Source: Desulfotomaculaceae bacterium
GTDB lineage: Bacteria; Bacillota; Desulfotomaculia; Desulfotomaculales; Pelotomaculaceae
NCBI GenBank assembly: GCA_028709235.1
Contig: JAQVXL010000002.1
Location: forward strand, 9,633 to 73,632
Length of the DNA stretch: 64,000 nt
Reading direction: 5' to 3'
Shown here: positions 29,221 through 38,506 of the stretch, piece after piece
Position numbering within the stretch: position 1 is the first letter of the stretch
How the letters are laid out: every line of letters starts with the position of its first letter
The notes under the pieces: model-generated
Database searches by the model: none
What the model was told of the DNA's origin: nothing
Seen by the model: only the letters and a program-made list of their open reading frames with translations
Position numbers and translations under genes: made by a program

Positions 29221-29597
29221 ATGTCAGCTCGAAAAACTCCAAATATACAGGTTGAAAAGTTATCCCCTCAACTTGAAGATCTGGCGAAGATTTATCCCAA
29301 AGTTATCGCAGCCTACCTTTTTGGCTCCCAGGCCTCCGGCCGCCCGACCCCTTTGAGCGACGTGGACGTCGGGATACTGATGGATGGCGACCTGGCAGAC
29401 ATGGAATCGTTCAGGATCGAAATGAGCCTGCTGGGGGAACTTCAAAAAATATTTGAAACAGATAATATCGGCTGGTACATATTTACTGGGATTTGGATAC
29501 GTCCAGGGTCCACAACATCATTCAAACCAAGCTGAGTGATTTCGAAGATTTCAAACGCTATATAATGAGGTTCCTTGCTCAGGCTGAAAAACAGTAG
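29221..29597 (+). pseudogene. Internally deleted MNT (MntA)-HEPN (HepT/DUF86) toxin-antitoxin pair
   Basis: AAYLFGSQASGRPTPLSDVDVGIL (GSx10DxD) up to ~29468, joined in another frame to RLVHIYWDLD...DFEDFKRYIMRFL (HEPN C-terminus), stop 29597. Confidence 0.8.
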
Positions 29598-29764
29598 TCG
29601 CTAGCTTATATTTCTAAAACTAAGAAAAATTTATCTATCCACACCTTAGGGACCAGCCCATCCCTATGATTATAACATGTCTGGCAGAGTGAGAAATCAT
29701 CACCGTCAAACCGGGTGCCCCCGCTTATCAAACAAACTGATTGGTTAGACTAAGGAGTGGGCTA

Positions 29765-30220
29765 ATGGGAGTAAACACAAAATCAAAGCGATTCATTGCT
29801 ATAGCAATATTAAATGTCGCTCTACTGGCTTTACCAACTTTGGTAAAGGTTCACTATGCAGCTCTTTATTACGCAGTGATCATTCTTTTAATACCAATCA
29901 CAATTTATAGAATAGTCTTTGAAGAAAAATTTGAGAAAAGGTTCTATCAAAGGTGGCACAAGGCGAGAGAACAAGGGTTTTGGATAAACGTTGTTCGTGA
30001 AGGGCTGCGGACACTGGTATTCATGGTTGTAGTCGTCAGCATATCACAATTCTTTGGCAATGGCCTTACCCCAATAGAGATAATGTCAAAGCTGCCAGGC
30101 AATGCATTGGCATGGATATTATTGCTTCTTTTGGCATTCAGTTTAATAGCTGGAATAATTGCCTTGTATGAGAATAACAACAGGTACATCCGAATTTATT
30201 ATGCTAAGAAAAATAACTAA
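29765..30220 (+). CDS. Hypothetical membrane protein (4 TM)
   Basis: TAAGGAG RBS; hydrophobic segments; FYQRWHKAREQGFWINVVREG. Confidence 0.7.
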   Translation: MGVNTKSKRFIAIAILNVALLALPTLVKVHYAALYYAVIILLIPITIYRIVFEEKFEKRFYQRWHKAREQGFWINVVREGLRTLVFMVVVVSISQFFGNGLTPIEIMSKLPGNALAWILLLLLAFSLIAGIIALYENNNRYIRIYYAKKNN

Positions 30221-30261
30221 CGGCAATCCGTGAGGCGGCGGCTGGCCAGAAACGCCCAAGA

Positions 30262-30951
30262 TCACTCAAGGGCACGGTCAACCGCCCCTTTGGCGTGGAT
30301 TACCGTGGTATCGAAAAGCGGCACAGCGGAATCCTCCTGCCGTACCAGCAGGCCGATTTCGGTACAACCCAGGATAATCCCCTCCGCCCCGGCGTCTGTT
30401 AAACTCTGAATTATTTTTTTATAGCGGTCCCTGGAATCCTGTTTTATAAGTCCCAGGCACAGCTCCTGGTAAATTACCCTGTTGACAAATTCCCTGTCTT
30501 CGCTGCCGGGAACCAGGACCCTGATCCCTTTCCTCTCCAGGCGGGATTTATAAAACTCCTGCTCCATCGTGTACCTTGTCCCCAGGAGCCCTGCAGTTTT
30601 AATCCCCCCTGCCAACACCTCAGCCGCAGTAATATCCGCAATGTGCAGTAACGGGATGCCAATATTAGCCTCGATCTGTCCGGCGGTTTTGTGCATTGTG
30701 TTGGTGCAGAGCAGGATAAAGTCCGCTCCAGCCGCTTCAAGGCCGCGAGCTGCCTGAACCAGAACATTTCCCGCCTTTTCCCACTCGCCGTTTCTTTGAA
30801 AAATCTCTATTTCCTCAAGGTCTACGCTGTAAAGGATGCATTTTGCGGAATGCAGGCCGCCCAGCCTGGCTTTAACTTCTTCATTGATAATCCGGTAATA
30901 TAAGGCTGACGACTCCCAGCTCATCCCGCCTATCAACCCGATTGTCTTCAT
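30262..30951 (-). CDS. Aspartate/glutamate racemase family (YgeA/RacX-like)
   Basis: MKTIGLIGGMSWESS, CTNTMH, LLGTRYTME and IILGCTEI catalytic Cys pair. Confidence 0.92.
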   Translation of the reverse strand: MKTIGLIGGMSWESSALYYRIINEEVKARLGGLHSAKCILYSVDLEEIEIFQRNGEWEKAGNVLVQAARGLEAAGADFILLCTNTMHKTAGQIEANIGIPLLHIADITAAEVLAGGIKTAGLLGTRYTMEQEFYKSRLERKGIRVLVPGSEDREFVNRVIYQELCLGLIKQDSRDRYKKIIQSLTDAGAEGIILGCTEIGLLVRQEDSAVPLFDTTVIHAKGAVDRALE

Positions 30952-31078
30952 AATATTAACCTCCAATCCTACTAAAATTATTATAGTACACCTGTGAAAT
31001 ATTTATCAATCTGCCTATATTAATTAATACCGCCCCCCTGCTTCCTTCCCCCGGAATAAGAAAACATCTAACGTGTGC

Positions 31079-31109
31079 TTGACCTTGACCTAAGGTAATG
31101 GTTTATGAT
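31079..31109 (+). promoter_or_regulatory. MerR-type promoter/operator (19-bp spacer)
   Basis: TTGACC-19 bp-TATGAT with dyad ACCTT-GACCT-AAGGT in the spacer. Confidence 0.8.
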
Positions 31110-31132
31110 GGACTACGAAGGGAGGCGAGCCC

Positions 31133-31900
31133 GTGGGTTATACGGTCAACCAGATGGCCCAGCTGGCAGGAGTGACGCTCCGGACTTTGCGCTACTACGA
31201 TAAAATCGGGCTGTTAACGCCGCATACAAGGACTGCAGCAGGTTACAGGATTTATTCCCCGGCAGATGTGGAAAAGCTGCAGCAGATCCTCTTTTTCCGG
31301 GAACTTGATTTTCCCCTGGCCCGGATCCGCGAAATACTCAATGACCCCGTGTTTGACAGGCGTGGCGCGTTAAAAATGCAGGCCGAACACCTGGAAAAGA
31401 GAGCGGCCAGGTACCGCAAATTGTCTCAGCTGGCCAGAGAAACGCTAAAAAACTTAGAAGGAGGAAATAAAATGGCTAAAAAGGATATGTTCGCAGGCTT
31501 TGACTATGATCAAATGCTGGAGGAACAAAAACAGTACGAGGATGAGGTAAAAGAGCGCTGGGGCAATACTGAGGCATATAAGGAGTCAATGTCCAAAACC
31601 GCCAGGTACACCAAAGAAGACTGGGAGCGCATAAATGAGATGCAAATGCAGAACCTCAAGGACCTTTGCGACCTGTACAACGCCAAAGTTCCCCACGACG
31701 ACCCCCGGGTCCAGGCAGTAGTCGACAGGTCAAGAAAATTCATCAGCGATAATTTTTACCAATGTCCACCTGAGGTTTTCAGCGGGCTGGGACATATGTA
31801 TGTTACCGACGAGAGATTTACCGCGTATTACGAAAAATTTGCTCCCGGCCTTGCGGCGTACTATAATGATGCCATTCAGTTTTATTGCACAAATAACTAG
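31133..31900 (+). CDS. MerR-family regulator with TipAS ligand-binding domain (Mta/TipA-like)
   Basis: YTVNQMAQLAGVTLRTLRYYDKIGLL...GYRIY; C-terminal EVKERWGNTEAY...LGHMYVTDERFTAYYEKFAPGLA. Confidence 0.9.
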   Translation: MGYTVNQMAQLAGVTLRTLRYYDKIGLLTPHTRTAAGYRIYSPADVEKLQQILFFRELDFPLARIREILNDPVFDRRGALKMQAEHLEKRAARYRKLSQLARETLKNLEGGNKMAKKDMFAGFDYDQMLEEQKQYEDEVKERWGNTEAYKESMSKTARYTKEDWERINEMQMQNLKDLCDLYNAKVPHDDPRVQAVVDRSRKFISDNFYQCPPEVFSGLGHMYVTDERFTAYYEKFAPGLAAYYNDAIQFYCTNN

Positions 31901-31955
31901 CGCCCCATATTGAACTATTTCCCTGTGAGGTTTGCAGTAAAAGTAAAGGCGCCGC

Positions 31956-31987
31956 CAAATAACCTTTCATTAGTGAAGGGTTATTTG
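31956..31987 (+). terminator. Intrinsic terminator
   Basis: caaataaccttt-cattagt-gaagggttatttg followed by ttattgtt. Confidence 0.65.
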
Positions 31988-32040
31988 TTATTGTTAGAGA
32001 AATATATACACCGGTTAATTCAATATGGCGGTGGGAAAAG

Positions 32041-32499
32041 ATGAACCGGAATGATCTGCAAAAAAGGGTACGGGTATGCGCTGGGGAACTGGTTGCGGAA
32101 AAAGGCTACGTCAGCCCGCTAGACCTGCTGGTAAAAATGGAACGGTTAACGCCGCGGCAAGTAGAAGACTGGCGCTTGCGGCGCATTCCGTATCTGGAGC
32201 GCGTAGCTACAGGCAATTTAAGCAAGATGAATACGATTTTGCTGGCCCTGCGCAAGTTTGCCAGATCTACGGGACTAAAACCTTCGCCAACCGCTTATAT
32301 GTCATGGGGGAAAGGGCCCAAGCAGAGATTGCGCTTTTCCAAATACGGAAACCCTCGTGTGGAAGAACAGTATTCCACTCACTATGTTACTAAAAGTTTC
32401 GGGAAGTCCCGAAAGATAATAGATGAGTCAGACGCTCATAGCTCAGGAGCACATTCGGAAACGACAAAAAACAAGGACAAGTATGAGGATGAAGAATAA
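32041..32499 (+). CDS. Conserved basic hypothetical protein
   Basis: KGYVSPLDLL...EDWR..RIPYLERV...GLKPSPTAYMSWGKG...LRFSKYG; TAATG overlap with the next gene. Confidence 0.75.
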   Translation: MNRNDLQKRVRVCAGELVAEKGYVSPLDLLVKMERLTPRQVEDWRLRRIPYLERVATGNLSKMNTILLALRKFARSTGLKPSPTAYMSWGKGPKQRLRFSKYGNPRVEEQYSTHYVTKSFGKSRKIIDESDAHSSGAHSETTKNKDKYEDEE

Positions 32500-34451
32500 T
32501 GAAAGAAGGCCATGATTTCAAGCTATTATTGATGGAGATGAACCAATATATCCGGGATTACATTGCCGGCCGGGGCTTAGCTTATTATGAAAAAAAGCTG
32601 GTAGAGGATGTCCGAATCAAGGAACCCTGGATCCATGCCACCGTCCTGGGCAATTACGGAGATTATAAAGTCAAGGTGCACATGACTGACTTCAGCAAAA
32701 GCCGGTGCGGCTGCCCTTATGATGATTACTGCAAACATATGGCGGCAATCGTTTATTATGTTACCCGTGAGTGCTCCGATCAGCCGGTTTGTAATAAATC
32801 TGCCGGGTTTTCCCATGCGGGAGCGCCCGGTGCGGCAGATACTATTGAAGAAGCCCCGGAACAACAGCCAAGCCGTCAACCAGATAACGATCTTCAACAG
32901 CGCCTGCAAAACATGGAGAAAGATGATTTGCTGGAAACCATAACCCGGCTGGTGGAAATTGAGCCATCAACTAAAGAAACACTTCGTCTTATCCTCACTG
33001 AGCGTGAACGAAACGCAAGTTTACATTCGGACCGGATTCGCCAAAAGGGCCTGTACAGTTCCCTCGCCTACTATCAAAAAGAATTTCCCGCTATTTTAAA
33101 ACAGTGCGAATCCCTGTTCAGCAAAATAGAGAGTTCTGATGAAGACTACGATGACAACTATGAATACGAGAGCTATTATGATGACTATGAATACGAGAGC
33201 TATTATGATGACTATGGCGACATGAGCAAATGGGATTACACCAAAGGTTTGGAGATTTTGCGCCGTTATGGTCAGGAATTGCTGAAAATGGTTATCGCAG
33301 AATATTACATATCCGGCACTGTGGGATTGCTGGTTGCAGTGATGGAACTGGAAGATTGGATCACCAGGTATGATGATGAATATGGCGAAAACGAACTTGT
33401 CGACTTTTGTTCGGAGTTTGAGGATTACCTGTGGGAAGCGCTGGAACGCGTGCGTGATTACCAGCTACGCGAACCGCAAGCGCAAACATTCTTACAAGAA
33501 CTCATTGATTGGATTATTCTTCAGTGCAAAAATCTGGACGATTTATCGTCATGGATCTCTGTTCTGAATAATTGTATCCCGGATAAAAGGTATCTCTGGC
33601 ATCTAAAGGAAAGGATCATAAAGCTCGACAGGGGCTTCCTGCAGAGCGCCCGCCTGGATGATGAAAAACACCGCAGTATTTTGGTATCCTGGTGGGTGGA
33701 ATTGTGTTTATCCCTGGGGCTGGAAGAAGAGGCCAAACAAACCGCGGGTATAATGGCAGGCTCATCCCAGCCTGAGGCTTCCGTGGCTTATAGTTTTGTA
33801 CGATATTATGAAAGATTAGAGCGCTGGCCAGAGGCGATTGTGGCAATGCAAACCATTTTGCTTACTGGCTCCATGAATAATCCACACGATTACCAGCGGA
33901 TGATCAGTTTGCACGAAAAAACCAGCAACACCCAGGGAATCAAAGACTGGTACGAAAAATGGTTCCTGTCCTACCCCGACTTGGAATTATTCAAACAAAA
34001 TGCCGCCCTCATAGAAAATGACGCCGATCAAGAAGCTAAAATCAGCAGATGGCTGGAACACCTGGAGCAAAAAAGAGATTATATACTTTTAATCAGCATA
34101 TCTCTTAACCATCTGGATGATATCGATAACGCCTGGTCCGTATTTCTCAAACACAAGGCCCTGAGCCAGGTAGACGAGCCGGTAATACTCAGACTTTTCA
34201 AGGCGATGAAAAAATATGCGCCGGAGAAACTAATCCCCGTTTACCGTGAATTAGCGCTAAATAACATCAGTGCTAGGAATCGCCCGGCTTACACCAGGGC
34301 GGCCAGGTGGATGAAGGATTTAAGGGAAGTGTGCGGTTTATCCGGAAACGAGGAAACATGGATAGCTTTTCACAGTAAAATAATGACGGAATACCGCCGG
34401 TTTCGCGCCTTGATGGAAGAAATCAGGGCGGCAGGGATTGGACAGCCATAA
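32499..34451 (+). CDS. SWIM zinc-finger protein with long helical C-terminus
   Basis: HATVLGNYGDYKVKV...SRCGCPYDDYCKHMAAIVY (CxC...CxH). Confidence 0.85.
   Translation: MKEGHDFKLLLMEMNQYIRDYIAGRGLAYYEKKLVEDVRIKEPWIHATVLGNYGDYKVKVHMTDFSKSRCGCPYDDYCKHMAAIVYYVTRECSDQPVCNKSAGFSHAGAPGAADTIEEAPEQQPSRQPDNDLQQRLQNMEKDDLLETITRLVEIEPSTKETLRLILTERERNASLHSDRIRQKGLYSSLAYYQKEFPAILKQCESLFSKIESSDEDYDDNYEYESYYDDYEYESYYDDYGDMSKWDYTKGLEILRRYGQELLKMVIAEYYISGTVGLLVAVMELEDWITRYDDEYGENELVDFCSEFEDYLWEALERVRDYQLREPQAQTFLQELIDWIILQCKNLDDLSSWISVLNNCIPDKRYLWHLKERIIKLDRGFLQSARLDDEKHRSILVSWWVELCLSLGLEEEAKQTAGIMAGSSQPEASVAYSFVRYYERLERWPEAIVAMQTILLTGSMNNPHDYQRMISLHEKTSNTQGIKDWYEKWFLSYPDLELFKQNAALIENDADQEAKISRWLEHLEQKRDYILLISISLNHLDDIDNAWSVFLKHKALSQVDEPVILRLFKAMKKYAPEKLIPVYRELALNNISARNRPAYTRAARWMKDLREVCGLSGNEETWIAFHSKIMTEYRRFRALMEEIRAAGIGQP
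33157..33216 (+). repeat. In-frame 27-bp tandem repeat (2.2 copies)
   Basis: ACTATGAATACGAGAGCTATTATGATG x2 plus ACTATG; encodes YEYESYYDD twice. Confidence 0.95.
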
Positions 34452-34595
34452 TAACAATCTGTACTGTTTCATGATCTCAAGAAGCCCCCCGTTTTTTCAT
34501 CTCTTTTGTCGCGTCACTATTGACTTCCTGCCGCGCGACCATCCATTCGTACAACCTTTAACTATGCTTCGTCGGAAGTAAAGTTCTGTCTTTCA

Positions 34596-34624
34596 TGCAA
34601 CGAAAAGCGGTATTTTTCGTGTAT
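34596..34624 (+). promoter_or_regulatory. Putative ECF-sigma autoregulatory promoter
   Basis: TGCAAC-16 bp-CGTGTAT (AAC -35 and CGT -10 motifs of ECF promoters), 40 bp upstream of the sigma gene. Confidence 0.65.
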
Positions 34625-34665
34625 ATAAGTGAAAGGCCTTTCATACGACAAAAAAGGAGTAAAAC

Positions 34666-35223
34666 ATGGATGATAGCAAAATTGTAGAACTATATTGGGA
34701 GCGCTCCGAAAATGCTATTGTTGAAACATCGAAAAAGTATTCGCGTTATTGCCGCTATATTTCATTCAACATCCTGCACAATAACGAGGATGCAGAAGAA
34801 TGTGTCAATGATACATACATGCGAGCATGGAACTCGGTCCCCCCGCATCGTCCCAACTGCCTGTCAACATTTTTGGGCAAGATAACCCGCAATCTGTCAT
34901 ATGATAAATACAAAAAATATAACGCTGAAAAGCGTGGCTTCGGGCAAACTGACTTTGTTTTATCAGAACTGGATGAATGTGTGCCGTCATCCGAAAGCGT
35001 TGAACAGACCATTGATGAAATGGCTTTAGTGGATGCAATTAACCGCTTCCTTACCTCACTGACACAGACAGACCGCAAAGTGTTCATGCGCCGGTATTGG
35101 TATGCAAGCCCGATAAAGGAAATTGCCGGGGCTTACGGAATGAACGAAAGCAAGGTAAAATCTATACTGTTCAGGGCGCGGAACAAATTGAAGCTGCATC
35201 TTGAGAAAGAAGGTGTGTTGTGA
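34666..35223 (+). CDS. ECF sigma factor
   Basis: DAEECVNDTYMRAWNSVPP region 2; region 4 RKVFMRRYW...IKEIA...KVKSILFRARNKL. Confidence 0.92.
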   Translation: MDDSKIVELYWERSENAIVETSKKYSRYCRYISFNILHNNEDAEECVNDTYMRAWNSVPPHRPNCLSTFLGKITRNLSYDKYKKYNAEKRGFGQTDFVLSELDECVPSSESVEQTIDEMALVDAINRFLTSLTQTDRKVFMRRYWYASPIKEIAGAYGMNESKVKSILFRARNKLKLHLEKEGVL

Positions 35224-35224
35224 T

Positions 35225-36016
35225 ATGAAAAATGAAAAGATTTTCAAGGCCATCGGCAGAGTCGATGATCAATATATCAAAGAAGCCGCCCCTGCCGTAC
35301 CAAAAGAAAAGAAAACTCAAAAGCGCTCATGGGTAAAATGGGGCGCCGTAGCTGCGTGTTTATCATTGCTGATTTTTGGAGCTGCTCTGTTATTCAATGA
35401 TACTACTCCTGGATTTGATTTGACTCGCTCAACCGGTTCCGTTTCGGTCAAGTATATTGACCCCGACGAAGTGCCTACAGGCGTCAATAGTAACGTAGCA
35501 TTGCCATACCTTTCTGAAGAAGAACTGTTTACCAAGTATGAAATGATTGCTTTCAAGGGAACGGTACAGAATATTGAGAACATTTTAATTAAATTTGGCG
35601 AGGCTTTTCAGTACTATTCAATTGCAACAATTCAAGTGGATAAGGTATATAAAGGAGATATAGAAACAGAAAGCTTACTGCGTGTGCTGGTACCTTATGC
35701 ATATTCTGACGGGGTGGGAATAGAGGATAGTGAAACAGTTGCAAACCTTAAAGTTGGCATGACGGGAATATTCACGCCGAAGAAGTGCGATGAAACAGGA
35801 ACCACCGATGATTTTCGTCAATGGGGAGAAAGCAGAATTGTTTTGGCTGACATAGCTGCTTATAGATTTTCAGATGGCGTCCGCTGGATGTTCCTCGATA
35901 CAAATGAAGGACTGGTTTTTGACCGGTATAGTTATGATGGAGCGGCTGATGCGAAGACGCTTGACGATATTGAGAATTATATACATGATGCTCTCAAAAT
36001 AGTTAGTAAGGTGTAA
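35225..36016 (+). CDS. Putative single-pass anti-sigma factor
   Basis: Directly after the sigma gene; IFKAIGRVDDQYIKEA N-terminus, TM WVKWGAVAACLSLLIFG, extracytoplasmic domain. Confidence 0.75.
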   Translation: MKNEKIFKAIGRVDDQYIKEAAPAVPKEKKTQKRSWVKWGAVAACLSLLIFGAALLFNDTTPGFDLTRSTGSVSVKYIDPDEVPTGVNSNVALPYLSEEELFTKYEMIAFKGTVQNIENILIKFGEAFQYYSIATIQVDKVYKGDIETESLLRVLVPYAYSDGVGIEDSETVANLKVGMTGIFTPKKCDETGTTDDFRQWGESRIVLADIAAYRFSDGVRWMFLDTNEGLVFDRYSYDGAADAKTLDDIENYIHDALKIVSKV

Positions 36017-36046
36017 AAATGGAAAACTGTTCTTAAAACTAATCGT

Positions 36047-36082
36047 AACGGCGGCCTTGATAAAATAATCAAAGCCGCCGTT
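36047..36082 (+). terminator. Intrinsic terminator
   Basis: aacggcggc-c-ttga...tcaa-a-gccgccgtt followed by ttc. Confidence 0.65.
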
Positions 36083-36274
36083 TTCATTGTAATTTGATGT
36101 AATACATTGGGAAATTCTTATATCTATAATAAGTCGGGATTTCATAGATAGAAATAAATTGATAGAAACTAAATTTGACTTCTGCCTTACTTGCCGTTCT
36201 GCGGAAATCTTGAAACCACGCTAAAAACATGAGCCTCGCTTACAGGCAATTGCCGAAAATCTTCCTAAAGAGGG

Positions 36275-36324
36275 TTGACGTTCGTTTTAGACAATTGTAG
36301 AATACTACTAAAGACAGTTGTCTA
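36275..36324 (+). promoter_or_regulatory. sigmaA promoter with BlaI-type operators
   Basis: TTGACG-17-TAGAAT overlapped by TAGACAATTGTAGA and followed by AGACAGTTGTCT (ACA-N2-TGT dyads). Confidence 0.75.
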
Positions 36325-36340
36325 AAAAGGAGCTGGTTCT

Positions 36341-36718
36341 ATGAGTAAGCTGAAAAAACTGCCCGATGCAGAGTTTGATGTTATGAAAGTGGTATGGGCA
36401 AATGAACCACCTATTACCACCAATATGATTATGGAACAGTTGGGCAAGAAAAAGAAATGGAAAGCGCCAACCATTCTTTCTTTGATGCTTCGGCTGGTAG
36501 AACGAGGCTTTGTCAGGACAGAGAAAATCGGTAAAGAACGCACTTACTTCCCCCTTATCAGCAAAGAGGACTACTTGAAATTTGAAACAGGCGAATTTAT
36601 GGAGCGTTTTCATGGGAATTCTTTTGCCAGCCTGGTTGCTGCCCTGTATGATGGTGACAAATTAAAGGACAGCGACCTTGATCAACTGGCACAGTGGCTG
36701 AAAGAAAAGAGGGATTAA
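36341..36718 (+). CDS. BlaI/MecI/CopY-family repressor
   Basis: LPDAEFDVMKVVW...WKAPTILSLMLRLVERGFV...YFPLISKEDY. Confidence 0.92.
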   Translation: MSKLKKLPDAEFDVMKVVWANEPPITTNMIMEQLGKKKKWKAPTILSLMLRLVERGFVRTEKIGKERTYFPLISKEDYLKFETGEFMERFHGNSFASLVAALYDGDKLKDSDLDQLAQWLKEKRD

Positions 36719-36719
36719 T

Positions 36720-38450
36720 GTGGAGGCGTTTATAAGAACCCTACTGGAATGCTCTGTTGCTATGGCGGTAATATCCTTAATCTATATGTATGCTGCGCCT
36801 CGCTTATCTAAACGGTATAGCGCTAAATGGCTATATTATGCTTGGCTGATGATTGGGGCAGGTTGGATATTTCCCTTTCGCTTCCGGATTGAGCTGCCGT
36901 TTTTCCAGGTGCAGGACGTGAATATACCTGCAACACCCGTGCAATTTCTCCCGCCTGCCGGCGATACGCTCCCATCCCCCATTACAACAGCCGGTGATGT
37001 TGTGAACGCTCCGGCAGCGATGACCTTATGGTGGCTGCTTGCGGCCATTTGGATTTTAGGTGTTATCAGCGTCGTAGTTTATCATATCTTGCGGCACAGG
37101 CGCTTTATTAAGATGGTGAACCGGTGGAGTGAACCTGTGACCGACTTGAAAAGTTTGGGGATTTTAAACGCCTTGAAGTCTCAACTGGGAATTAAGAAGC
37201 AGCCAGGGTTAAGCGTGTGCCAGAGCATCACAAGCCCCATGCTCGTTGGCTTTTTCCGGCCTACTATTTTGTTGCCGCTTCACAAAAATGAAGGCAATGA
37301 ATTATCCCTTATTCTAAAACATGAGCTAATTCATTTCCAACGGCATGACCTTTGGCATAAGGCGCTAATTTTGGCGGCAACCGTGCTCCATTGGTTTAAC
37401 CCCGTAGTCTACATCATGGCAAAAGCGACTGCGTTACAATGTGAAATATCCTGTGACGCGCTGGTTTTACAGGGCGCAGATTTCCAAAAGCGCAAACAAT
37501 ACGGCGAAACTATTATTGGTGTTGTCAGGAACGGGGCGAAGTTCCGCACAGCATTATCAACTAATTTTTATGGAGGGAAAAAAGGCATGGAGAATCGTAT
37601 TTCTTCAATCATGGACACAAAACGAAAGAAAACTGGCGTTATAATCCTTTGTGCAGTACTTGCCAGCATTATAATAACCGGAGGAGTGGCGCTGAGTGCA
37701 CCTACATCTGACAAGCAGGACAAACAGGATGTATTATCGCTTGTGGAAAACTTTGGTGATATGCTGAAAATGGTTACACTCACAGCGCCCCAAGACATTG
37801 TAGCGAAGAGTATAGAAGAACATTATTCGGGATATGTCACGCCGGAGCTTTTGGCTATGTGGCAATCCGATCCGCTGAGCGCGCCAGGCCGGACTCTTTC
37901 AAGCCCCTGGCCGGACCGGATTGAAATCACGGACATCACGTTTGGTGATGGAGAATATACCGTTTCCGGAGCCATTATTGAAGTCACAAGCACCGAACTG
38001 CAAAACGGTGGAGCCGCTGCAAAATATCCGGTTACGCTGCTGATAATAAAGCAGGACGACCGATGGCTTATATCCAATGTAACTCTCGGCTCACCTGTTG
38101 TTGCTGGGCCTCCCGACGCGGATGCCAATACTGAAGGCATCTCCTATACACAGGAAGAAATCGATGCAGCAATGAAGGCGGCGGAAACCTATTTTCAGGA
38201 GATAGCCACAAGTCGAACTATGGAACGAATATGGTTTGACAAAGAAGCATGCACCAAAATGCGCTCCTCTTATATGCAATATGGAAACGGAAGTATCAAC
38301 GGCGTTAAGGAGGAAAATGTGATTGTTCTTCTTTGCGATTTTGAAATAAAAGACTACTCTTCCTTTGAAGGAAAATATCCAAGCTGGAATTTAATCTTTA
38401 TTAGAGAAAATGGAGAAAGTTCGTGGGTATTGGACGATCAGGGATATTAA
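36720..38450 (+). CDS. BlaR1-like M56 metallopeptidase sensor with non-PBP extracellular domains
   Basis: SPMLVGFFRPTILLP, LKHELIH (HExxH), LHWFNP and CEISCD; the C-terminus lacks the SxxK penicillin-binding motif. Confidence 0.88.
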   Translation: MEAFIRTLLECSVAMAVISLIYMYAAPRLSKRYSAKWLYYAWLMIGAGWIFPFRFRIELPFFQVQDVNIPATPVQFLPPAGDTLPSPITTAGDVVNAPAAMTLWWLLAAIWILGVISVVVYHILRHRRFIKMVNRWSEPVTDLKSLGILNALKSQLGIKKQPGLSVCQSITSPMLVGFFRPTILLPLHKNEGNELSLILKHELIHFQRHDLWHKALILAATVLHWFNPVVYIMAKATALQCEISCDALVLQGADFQKRKQYGETIIGVVRNGAKFRTALSTNFYGGKKGMENRISSIMDTKRKKTGVIILCAVLASIIITGGVALSAPTSDKQDKQDVLSLVENFGDMLKMVTLTAPQDIVAKSIEEHYSGYVTPELLAMWQSDPLSAPGRTLSSPWPDRIEITDITFGDGEYTVSGAIIEVTSTELQNGGAAAKYPVTLLIIKQDDRWLISNVTLGSPVVAGPPDADANTEGISYTQEEIDAAMKAAETYFQEIATSRTMERIWFDKEACTKMRSSYMQYGNGSINGVKEENVIVLLCDFEIKDYSSFEGKYPSWNLIFIRENGESSWVLDDQGY

Positions 38451-38506
38451 AAAATAACGTTGTCATCAGAAGAAAACGACTATAAAATTATTTGTTATTT
38501 TTTTTA

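Noticed and set aside
29744-30240. Integron-cassette-like look (GTTAGAC before an RBS-led orphan gene, CTAAC after its stop)
   Set aside because: The inverse core is imperfect, no full attC hairpin follows and there is no integron integrase in the window.
33157-33216. Short direct repeats as a possible CRISPR array
   Set aside because: Perfectly tandem, in-frame coding repeat without spacers; no cas genes in the window.
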